60,966 bases of DNA from Octopus sinensis (Eukaryota), in NCBI RefSeq assembly GCF_006345805.1, contig NW_021832397.1:1-60966 (forward strand), read 5' to 3'. A program made the position numbers and the translations under genes. Positions 54,804 to 60,966 of the stretch are shown piece after piece; position 1 is the stretch's first letter, and every line of letters starts with the position of its first letter. Below the pieces are notes generated by a model. That model was not told where the DNA came from and did not search any database. It saw only the letters and a list, made by a program, of their open reading frames with translations.

Positions 54804-55117
54804 ATATATATACATACACACACCAAGATTTAGTGTTTGCATGAATGAATGTACATTTTTAATATCCACGGCAACTTTACCATAATGTCGATGGCAGTAG
54901 CTGACAAAAAGTCAAGAATCCAATATAAAAATTTAGAGAAAGAATTTGCAGAGAGACGAGATATATTGACAAACCTGTGTTGTTTTGTTGGTAAGATAAA
55001 TACACTGATTCCATAATGGTAGCCATCCATACTGGCACCTAGATAAATCCATAAGATCATAAGTCTTTGGTACTTTCCCAAGGAACCGATATGGTTTAAC
55101 AGAACATCAAACTTCAT
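9868..55117 (-). CDS. SLC22A-like: Spliced SLC22-family organic ion transporter (MFS), 8 coding exons, 3'-incomplete in window
   Basis: Exons 54975-55117, 47327-47546, 44712-44815, 42773-42927, 18156-18327, 13965-14177, 11841-12067 and 9868-10049 join through GT-AG sites with matching phases (2,0,2,1,2,2,1,0) into 472 open codons. Family motifs: FDxLLxxIGxxGxYQ, HRC, WVYD, NLVCD, SDxxGRR, TEIVGxKYR, PESPRWL, LDRMGRK, ELFPTxLR. No orthologue assigned. Confidence 0.95.
10397..10627 (+). mobile_element. Helitron-like non-autonomous element, 5' fragment
   Basis: Starts ACTACTAGTATCGCCCGGCATTGCTCGGG, the same 5' end as 13571. Classification is inferred from terminal style. Confidence 0.55.
11304..11714 (+). 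mobile_element. Group B SINE
   Basis: Full head to tail, homologous to 7880-8300. Confidence 0.9.
11841..12067 (-). CDS. SLC22A-like: SLC22 coding exon 7 (TM7-TM9)
   Basis: TTTCTAG|G ATC TCT...AAT TCC T|GTGAGT; 227 nt; [75 protein letters not shown]. Confidence 0.95.
12930..13118. mobile_element. Tc1/mariner-type MITE
   Basis: TA|CACCAAATTTACTGCAG ... CTGCAGAAAATTTGGTG|TA. Confidence 0.7.
13571..13958 (+). mobile_element. Helitron-like non-autonomous element
   Basis: ACTAGCAGTATCGCCCGGCGTTGCTC 5' end, (ACAG/ACAC)n near 3' end, TTTATATAGAGAGAGAT terminus, no TSD. Confidence 0.6.
13965..14177 (-). CDS. SLC22A-like: SLC22 coding exon 6 (central cytoplasmic loop, start of TM7)
   Basis: TTTACAG|A TTC ATC CCA GAA TCT...TGC TG|GTCAGT; 213 nt; [34 protein letters not shown]...CAIMCFC(W). 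Confidence 0.94.
14773..14953 (-). mobile_element. Penelope-like element reverse-transcriptase fragment
   Basis: [59 protein letters not shown] matches the PLE RT signature F.F....Y.Q..G.AMG...P.YA.L.MG. Confidence 0.85.
15226..15340. mobile_element. 115-bp hAT-type MITE
   Basis: TIRs CACTAGCGTAGCTA / TAGCTACGTTAGTG (1 mismatch); 8-bp TSD GATCTATA at 15218-15225 and 15341-15348. Confidence 0.8.
17255..17372. repeat. Inverted repeat (about 44-bp arms)
   Basis: TTTATTAATATTTAGTAGAAGTAACAGAGTGACTCAAAGTCCGA pairs with TCGGACTCTGAGTCACTCTGTTACTTCTGCTAAATATTAATAAA. Confidence 0.85.
18156..18327 (-). CDS. SLC22A-like: SLC22 coding exon 5 (TM5-TM6)
   Basis: TTTAG|CC ACA GAA...TTC TT|GTAAGA; 172 nt; [57 protein letters not shown]. 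Confidence 0.95.
19290..20425. repeat. Degenerate (TA)n/(TACA)n block of about 1.1 kb
   Basis: Direct inspection; source of many YIYI ORFs. Confidence 0.9.
20440..20685 (-). mobile_element. tRNA-derived SINE (group A-related head)
   Basis: GGCCTAGTGATTAAAGCAGCG...GGGTTCGAATCTGAG on the minus strand. Confidence 0.75.
21535..21750 (-). mobile_element. Diverged tRNA-derived SINE
   Basis: CCTTAGTGGTTAGCGTGTTGG head, GTTTCAATTCC, TTCTTGAGCAAAA body. Confidence 0.65.
24560..24763 (+). mobile_element. 3' fragment of R4/Dong-clade retrotransposon (second family)
   Basis: [29 protein letters not shown], then a short 3'UTR; embedded in (AAT)n on both sides. Confidence 0.75.
25865..26055 (-). mobile_element. 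Group C SINE in (AAT)n
   Basis: Reverse complement of the group C body (GTTCAAATTCTGCCGAGG). Confidence 0.8.
26096..26270 (-). mobile_element. Group C SINE
   Basis: Reverse complement of the group C body and tail. Confidence 0.8.
27749..27792. repeat. Perfect 19-bp hairpin with 6-nt loop
   Basis: TGCAACCAGCATAAATCAA-ATCAAC-TTGATTTATGCTGGTTGCA. Confidence 0.85.
28387..28600 (-). mobile_element. Group C SINE flanked by AAT repeats
   Basis: Head AAGGCGGCGATCAGGCAGAATCGTTAGC on the minus strand. Confidence 0.85.
29150..29245. repeat. Imperfect inverted repeat
   Basis: GTTTACATTT...AATGTAGAAGCCTCGAGAAATATG pairs with CGTATTTCTCGATGCTTCTACATT...AAATGTAAAC. Confidence 0.75.
29620..30200. repeat. 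(AAT)n followed by purine-rich (GAG/GAA)n and pure (GAA)n
   Basis: Direct inspection. Confidence 0.95.
31036..31077 (+). ncRNA. Degenerate hammerhead motif in a Penelope-type terminal repeat remnant
   Basis: GACAC-CTGAAGA-C-GACTG-GAGCCCACAA-CAGCC-GAAAT-AGTT; stems I and III decayed. Confidence 0.45.
31908..32110. mobile_element. Mariner-derived MITE
   Basis: TA|CGAGGTGCGTTCAAGAAGTATCC ... GGATACTTTTTTGAACGCATCTCT|TA. Confidence 0.75.
33925..34150 (+). mobile_element. Group A SINE, 5'-truncated
   Basis: Matches about 1120-1343. Confidence 0.8.
34910..35309 (-). mobile_element. Dimeric group C SINE
   Basis: Full unit followed by a second headless unit; same junction as 59967-60334. Confidence 0.85.
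35750..36530 (-). mobile_element. Possible decayed LINE (RTE-like) remnant
   Basis: Non-microsatellite sequence with only weak LINE-like peptide traces. Confidence 0.25.
36790..37033. mobile_element. Third, truncated copy of the hammerhead foldback element
   Basis: Arm homologous to 3242-3345 and to the reverse complement of 3530-3670; minus-strand half-site GAAAC-CCGG-GTC-CGTGCG at 37004-37021. Confidence 0.8.
39187..39505. repeat. Near-perfect palindrome (about 155-bp arms, 8-nt loop)
   Basis: Centre ATGTTACCGAT-GTGCGCAA-ATCGGTAACAT; few mismatches along the arms; abuts (TA)n. Confidence 0.95.
40938..41140 (-). mobile_element. Group C SINE in (AAT)n
   Basis: Full head AAGGCGGCGAGCTGGCAGAAAAG on the minus strand. 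Confidence 0.88.
41370..41594 (-). mobile_element. Diverged group C SINE in (AAT)n
   Basis: Homologous head, body and tail. Confidence 0.75.
42773..42927 (-). CDS. SLC22A-like: SLC22 coding exon 4 (TM3-TM4)
   Basis: CTAG|C GTG GGA AGA AGA...TTA G|GTAAGT; 155 nt; [51 protein letters not shown]. Confidence 0.95.
43417..43974. mobile_element. 558-bp non-coding insert between (GAT)n and (AAT)n arrays
   Basis: Complex sequence with sharp borders at trinucleotide arrays. Repeat status is inferred; single copy in the window. Confidence 0.45.
44712..44815 (-). CDS. SLC22A-like: SLC22 coding exon 3 (TM2; not in ORF track)
   Basis: AACCAG|ATG AAT CTT GTT TGT GAT...GAT AT|GTAAGT; 104 nt; [34 protein letters not shown]. 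Confidence 0.93.
45473..45592 (+). ncRNA. Type-I hammerhead ribozyme motif with elongated AU-rich stem II
   Basis: AGAC-CTGATGA-G...(18 of 20 bp stem plus inner hairpin)...T-GAAAC-GTGT-GTA-GTCT; intact core, stem I AGAC/GTCT. Confidence 0.8.
45901..46051. repeat. Inverted repeat with asymmetric bulge
   Basis: ATAGGTCACCATTTCTCCTACTAGTAAAAA / TTTTTACTCGTAGGAGAAATTGTGACCTAT with inner GAAATCCCAGCC-TATTT-GGCTGGGATTTC. Confidence 0.8.
46098..46392. repeat. Spacer-less palindrome (about 147-bp arms)
   Basis: Centre CGTTATTT|AAATAACG at 46244/46245; ends TTGTGTCTGGGG / CCCCAGACACAA. Confidence 0.95.
47327..47546 (-). CDS. SLC22A-like: SLC22 coding exon 2 (large extracellular loop; not in ORF track)
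   Basis: TTATAG|G TGC...GAA GAT|GTGAGT; 220 nt; (R)[73 protein letters not shown]; loop cysteines and N-glycosylation sequons NDT, NQT, NAS, NGT. Confidence 0.93.
47770..47955 (+). mobile_element. Group C SINE, 5'-truncated
   Basis: ACACGCCGGACGAAATGCTTAGC...GTTCAAATTCCGCCGAGG. Confidence 0.85.
49406..49655. mobile_element. Mariner-derived MITE
   Basis: TA|TTGGGTTGGTGCATAATTATTGCGGCTTTTTTC ... GAAAAAAGTCGCCATAATTATGCACTAACCCAG|TA. Confidence 0.8.
49670..50215 (-). mobile_element. 3' fragment of CR1-clade LINE
   Basis: [12 protein letters not shown]...[19 protein letters not shown]...[32 protein letters not shown] is a typical post-RT CR1 tail, followed by a short 3'UTR. Confidence 0.85.
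52140..52345 (-). mobile_element. R4/Dong-clade RT fragment
   Basis: [50 protein letters not shown] resembles GTKDQLLID...WIDYKKAYD.VPHSWI. Confidence 0.8.
52526..52973 (-). mobile_element. Group B SINE
   Basis: Full-length reverse complement. Confidence 0.9.
53433..53850 (+). mobile_element. Group B SINE
   Basis: Full-length. Confidence 0.9.
54595..54755 (+). mobile_element. Interspersed repeat with variant hammerhead-like motif (copy 2)
   Basis: CTGTAGA-ATAGC-GTAG-GCTC-GAAACGTA; homologous to 440-603; ends in (TA)n. Confidence 0.65.
54975..55117 (-). CDS. SLC22A-like: SLC22 coding exon 1 (N-terminus, TM1)
   Basis: [47 protein letters not shown]+AG; 143 nt; context AAAATGA with an in-frame upstream TAA; donor AG|GTTTGT. 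Confidence 0.92.
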
Positions 55118-55158
55118 TTTTGTGATAGAATGTTTCGGAATTTATTCAAAGATAATCT
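55118..55158 (-). promoter_or_regulatory. Splice acceptor and 39-nt 5'UTR upstream of the start codon
   Basis: Polypyrimidine tract ending TTTTTTCAG (AG at 55157-55158) precedes the 39 nt before the ATG, implying an upstream non-coding exon. Confidence 0.6.
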
Positions 55159-55244
55159 GAAAAAATATAAAGAGAAAAAAACCCTGTTAAAATATGTTTT
55201 TATAGATCGAAAATGAAAAGACATTTAGATTATAGCAATATTGG

Positions 55245-55442
55245 TTTTAAATATTTGGCACAAGAGCAGAAAATTTGAGGGGAAGGGCTCAGTCGATTAC
55301 ATCGGCTCCACAGTTCAACTGGTACTTGTTTTATCGACCTCGAAACGATGAAAGGTAAATTTGATTTCACCGCGTAAAAACGGATGAAATACCGCTAAGC
55401 ATTTTGTTCGACGCGCTAACGATTCCGCCAGCTGACTGCCTT
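55245..55442 (-). mobile_element. Group C SINE
   Basis: Reverse complement of head, body and tail. Confidence 0.8.
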
Positions 55443-55540
55443 AAACTATAGAAATAATGAAGAATTAGATATGTACGTGTGTGTATGTATGTATGTATGT
55501 ATGTATGTATGTATGTATGTATGTATTTTATTTTTTTATT

Positions 55541-55896
55541 TCTTTCAGTCATTTGACTGCGGCCATGCTGGAGCCCCGCCTTTAGTCGAGCAAATCGCCC
55601 CCAGTATTGATTCTTTGTAAGCCTTATACTTATTCTATCGGTCTCTTTTGTCGAACCGCTAAATTACGGGGAGGTAAACACACCCGCATCGGTTGTCAAG
55701 CGATGATGGGGGACAGACGCACAAACACACACACACCGATATATATATATATATATATATATCTTCTTTCAGTTTCCGTCTGCCAAATCCATTATTCTAT
55801 AGTAGAAGACACATGCCCAAGGTGCTACGCAGTGGGACTGAACCCGTAATCATGTGGTCCGTAAGCAAAATACTTACCACACAGCCACTCTACGCC
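55541..55896 (-). mobile_element. Group B SINE (internal deletion)
   Basis: Homologous to 52526-52973. Confidence 0.85.
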
Positions 55897-55900
55897 TATA

Positions 55901-55944
<44 letters not shown>

Positions 55945-56021
55945 GGTGTGTATATATATATATATATATATATGTTTTTTTTTTATTACCCACAAGGGGC
56001 TAAACATAGAGGGGACAAACA

Positions 56022-56075
<54 letters not shown>

Positions 56076-56495
56076 CGCGTGCATGTACGTACCTAGCTGT
56101 GATGCGTGCACGTATGCAGTTTCATAAATTAGATAAGGTTATATTGCAGTTACAATGAAAAAAGACATAAATAAAACAGCGTTACGAAATCAATATCATG
56201 GAAAATTGTTCTCAGTTCGTCATATTTATTACTCAAAAAACATAATCATATATGCATCCGTCCACAGATACACACACGTGCACGCATATACACGTACATA
56301 TATGTTAATAAGCTTGTGTATACATACGCACATACAAAAAAAACTATTCAGTGGCAATACTTAGGGTAGATTGCCAACTTTTCATATCATAATTACGCCT
56401 ATCCATTCTACACAAAATACGGAGTTGTGCTTGAGATGATGTTTATACAGTGTAATATACTTGTTTTTCTGTATAATTTGTAACTTTTACATTGA

Positions 56496-57818
56496 TACGA
56501 GGTTGTATCAAGAAGTTGTCGACTATGTTTAAAAGAAATAATTTGTTTACTCTTTACTCGTTACTCTCTTTTACTCTTTTACTTGCTTCAGTCATTTGAC
56601 TGTGGCCATGCTGGAACACCGCCTTTAGTCGAGCAAATCGACCACAGGACTTATTCTTTGTAAGCCTAGTACTTATTGTATCGGTCTCTCTTGCCGAACC
56701 GCTAGGTTACGGGGACGTAAACACACCATCATCGGTTGTCAAGCGATATTGGGGATACAAACACAGACACACAAACATATACACACACATACACACACAT
56801 ATATATGCATATATACGACAGGCTTCTTTCAGTTTCCGTCTACCAAATCCACTCACGAGGCTTTGGTCGGCCCGAGGCTATAGTAGAAAACACATACCAG
56901 AGGTGCCACGCAGTGCGACTGAACTCGGAACTATGTGGTTGGTAAGCAAGCTACTTACCACACAGCCACTCCCATATATTTACCTAAGTTTTAACACCTT
57001 CTCCTTCGAATAGTCACCTTTCGCAGCAATACGCCGATCCCAGCATTCCTGACACTTTTGGGACCCGGCATGGAGGACGTTTTCCGTAAGTGAGTCGAGT
57101 ATCTTCTTCGATTGGCTCTGGAACTCGGCCATAGTGTTAAAATGGCGACCTTTGAGCTGAATTTTCATCTTGGGAAGAGATAGAAGTCCGTAGGTGCTAA
57201 GTCTGGCGAATAGAGCAAGTGCGGACGCGACACCATGTTGTGTTTGGAGAGAAACTCACGAGTGAAGAGAACTCAATGACAAGGGTGCAGTGTCATCGTG
57301 AAAAACTCAATTCTTCGCGCTTCACAGATCTGGTTGCTTTCGCCGAACGTCCTCCTTCAAACGTCCTCCTAAAATGTCAATGTCTTCCGATGATCTGATG
57401 AACTTTTTTCTACATTTCGGAGTGACGCTCGTGACACATCTTCCGGATCGCTCATCGTCTTCCACGGGCTCCGCTTTTGAACTCCCGTGCCACTCGAAAC
57501 ATTGAGTACGACCCATTGCCACGTCGCTGTAAGCTTGCCGATGAGTTCTCAATGTCTCCCTAACAGAATTCCCAAGTTTAACGCAAAACGTCACGTTGGT
57601 TCTTTGTTCCAACTTCCTGTCCATGACAAAAATCGCAGACTGCAACATACACGTGATCACAAAAACACAAATTTCACAACTTGCGAAATAAACACAGTAA
57701 TGTCACTGAAAGCCACCTCATGAGTTCATTGCTAGCTCTCACTGGGCATGAAACTGCGCTGCCATCCATCGGGGCGCTACAGAAGTAGTCCGAGAAAATG
57801 TTTTGATACAACCTCGTA
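56496..57818 (-). mobile_element. Internally deleted mariner transposon
   Basis: TA|CGAGGTTGTATCAA ... TTGATACAACCTCG|TA. Transposase remnants: EQRTNVTFCVKLG...CFEWH...DDERSGR (N-terminal HTH) and DLAPTDFYLFPKMKIQLKGRHF...WDRRIAAKGDY (C-terminus); frameshifted. Confidence 0.92.
56546..56972 (-). mobile_element. Group B SINE nested in the mariner
   Basis: Full-length reverse complement inside the mariner TIRs. Confidence 0.9.
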
Positions 57819-57884
57819 TGTACTTATATACACTAGATGTGAGTGGATGGTTACTCTATGTATTTGAGGTCCTTTTATCTATGC

Positions 57885-57929
<45 letters not shown>

Positions 57930-58931
57930 CACACACAACGCACGCACTCACATGATTTTGTGGTTATATTCATTCTAAGAAATCGAAATGGACACAATCT
58001 TCGGAATGCTTTACAAAGTTTCTCTGTACCACAAATCATTGGACTTTTGAAGCTGTGAGTTAATTGACTTCGTTCTTTCTTGGAAATTGCCAAAATTTTA
58101 AAGGTTTTTATGCGGATCTTTTGTTATATAGGTCAGTGTACCTATTACAATAGGTGCAAATAAGAAACTACAGCCCAGACACAAAAGCTGTAAGTTTCCC
58201 ATTAGTTCGCCATATATAGTTTCTTTTTCTGCAGCTCTAATCGAGACTCCCATTCTCTTGTTAGCCGACTTTTACCAACGTTCTTAATTTTGGTTTCTTG
58301 TATCATAGAAAAATATTAGCTCTGTTGTTCTTAAACAAGGTAGCTGTTTTTAATGCTCCACATGATTCTTTATTTTTACAAGTGTGGATACAATCTGGTT
58401 GTGGTATGCCTTTTCTATGACCATTGGAACAAATTCTCGCGTGGATAGTATTGCAAATAATTTTGGCGAGAATCTCATTGTTCATGGGGCTTCATAAATT
58501 TGTGACCATTTTAGGTAACTGCGCATAATTTGAGTGATATCTTGTCTATTAGTATGATATAGTTAACATTTTTTATCACAGCGTGCATGTTTGGAGATAT
58601 TCTTGTCCCTCTTATTGATCAGTTATTTAATAATTGTCTCTTTGAAGAACAAAGATCTACCTTTTAGGAATGTGAAGTATATAACAACAGTTTCTGAAGA
58701 GGCTATTCTGCCTGTCAGTATTGTGGGTGTCTTCTAGCTTATAGAATATGTACCCATAATTAATTTTTGTTCGTATGATGTATTTCTTTCTAAATTTCCA
58801 TTCAAGTAGTTTTGTTCATTTGTCCCTGTGTTTCATAAAACAGCTGCTCGCAGCACGGGATAACGTTTTACGACTGCTTCATTTACCCTCATGACGTTCA
58901 TATTTTTGCTGTTGAGTACATATGACTGGAC

Positions 58932-59029
<98 letters not shown>

Positions 59030-59413
59030 GTGTGTAATTTTAGCCTCCTACACCAGTCTTCAAAAAAGTACGACAGAGAAATAAAATATTTTATTCAAAA
59101 ATGAAGGGAAAATATATAATTCTGGTAATTAAGAGTTTGCTTCGCAACTATAAGCTTCCAAGTTCGGTTTCACTCCAGCAGCACGCAAGGCTGATGTCTT
59201 GTAATATAGTCTCGTATTGACTGATGCCTTGTTAGGGAAATTTGATTGACGACGCTAGGAGCCGTCACACACACACACACGTGCGCGTATACATACATCT
59301 CTCTCTCTCTCTCTCTTATATATATATATATATATCGTTTGTAAAAAACATAAATCCGAAGAAGAAGCACCCTCTAAGATGTAGAGCAGTATATATTAAA
59401 AATGGGAAAGGCC

Positions 59414-59488
59414 GGTTTATGGGATAACCTTAGGTTTTCCGTCCATAAATGGTTTAGCTTTATGGTGTGTCGTCAGATCCCAAAAACC
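59414..59488 (-). ncRNA. Type-I hammerhead ribozyme motif
   Basis: GGTTTTTGGGA-T-CTGACGA-CACACCATAAA...TTTATGGACG-GAAAACC-TAA-GGTTA-TCCCATAAACC; stem I 10 of 11 bp, stem II core 7 bp, stem III AACC/GGTT; one extra nucleotide near the core. Confidence 0.65.
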
Positions 59489-59554
59489 TGTTGGCCCTGA
59501 CCTCTTAAAAAAATATATGTATATACATATATGTATGTATATGCATGTATATAA

Positions 59555-59593
<39 letters not shown>

Positions 59594-59966
59594 TTTATAT
59601 ATATATATATACATAATATATATATTATATATATATAGATATATATATATATATATATAGATATATATATATATATATATGTAGTATATACATGTACATA
59701 CACGCAGAATATTTACATTGCAAATCTATGTATCACTGCAAGCGTATTGCGTAGAATACATTCAATACGTTAGAACAACAAAACTAAATCAAAACAGAGT
59801 GAGAGAGAAAGAGAGAGAGGGAGAGAGAGAGACACACACACACACACAGAAAGAGAGAGCGATTCGGACAGGCGGAAGGACAGAAGCCCTACATTGTGTA
59901 GTGAAAATGTCCAATAAAAGTGTTATCTACAACTACTTCTGCAGCTGTTAATAACAGTAATAATAA

Positions 59967-60334
59967 TGGTTTAAAATTTTGCCACAAGGGCACCAATATT
60001 GGGGGAGGGGATGAGTCGATTACATCGACCCCTGAAAGGACGAAAGGCAATGTCGACCTCGGCTGAATTTGAACACAGAACGTAGCGGCAGAAGAAATAC
60101 CTATTTCTTTACTACCCACAAGGGGCTAAACACAGAGGGGACAAACAAGAACAGACAAAGGGATTAAGTCAATTATATCGACCCAAGTGCGTAACTGGTA
60201 CTTAATTTATCGACCCTGAAAGGATGAAAGGCAAAGTCGACCTCGGCGGATTTTGACCTCAGAACATAACGGCGGACGAAATACCACAAAGCATTTCACC
60301 CGGCGTGCTAACGATTCTGCCAGCTCGCAGTCTT
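59967..60334 (-). mobile_element. Dimeric group C SINE
   Basis: Same two-unit structure as 34910-35309. Confidence 0.85.
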
Positions 60335-60966
60335 AATAGTAATGACAACAACAACAACAACGACGACGACGACGACGACGACAACAATCCTTATTCCATG
60401 TCTGCTTAAATTAATTATTTCCTCGCTCAGTTGTTGAATGATGATTTTGTTGTACCTATTCTCCAGCGCAGAACACACTTGTCGGTCATAAAAACAGTTT
60501 CACCTGAAGTTTCACTCCCGTTAACGTCATTAATGTCGTCTGGTTCATCGCTAAACTCACTTTGTTCAAGATAATTAATAGCAGTAAGTAACGCAGCCAT
60601 TTGTGTTTTTATTGGGATACCATTCTAGGAGGATGGTCAACCAAGTCTGAAAAGGTACCCTTTGCCATCCGATAGTCTTAACCACACAGGACGCCCACCA
60701 GGCCTTTTTGAGGTTTCGGGGTAGGCTTTAAGACGATACTACTGACAGAGGGATTTTTTCCCAGTTATAATCAACTGCTAAAACTTACTGTATTTGAACT
60801 AATACTTAGTTGTTTGCAACTTGAAAGGAAGAAGGCAAACCAAAATAGGGATGGTTGAGAACGAAAGGAAGGGCTAAAAGAAATGCAGTTGATCAGTTCC
60901 ACAGAGTCGCCAAGAATGTTTAAAATGATGAGTCATCGTGGGAGTGGTTCCAAAATGGAAATTTAA

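Noticed and set aside
58200-58860. Possible Penelope GIY-YIG remnant
   Set aside because: Could not recover the diagnostic motifs in any frame.
60410-60605. Short acidic ORF (MAALLTAINYLEQSEFSDEPDD...) resembling a piggyBac N-terminus
   Set aside because: Under 60 aa, with no TTAA/TIR pair or catalytic residues visible.

Overview
AT-rich, microsatellite-dense animal DNA. The SINE, LINE and simple-repeat content looks like an octopus genome (inference, not database-checked). One spliced gene is recoverable on the minus strand: an SLC22-family (OCT/OCTN/Orct-like) transporter with 8 coding exons (55117 down to 9868; 1416 nt, 472 codons, open across all GT-AG junctions). The exon(s) for TM12 and the C-terminus were not found in the window. 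The introns hold three tRNA-derived SINE groups, decayed R4/Dong, CR1 and Penelope retroelements, mariner, hAT and Helitron-like non-autonomous elements, and many long palindromes. The most striking signal is a set of minimal type-I hammerhead-ribozyme motifs, intact, degenerate and half-sites. They are often tied to foldback repeats, and each family carries a different self-complementary stem III. Nearly all long ORFs in the supplied track are microsatellite artefacts.
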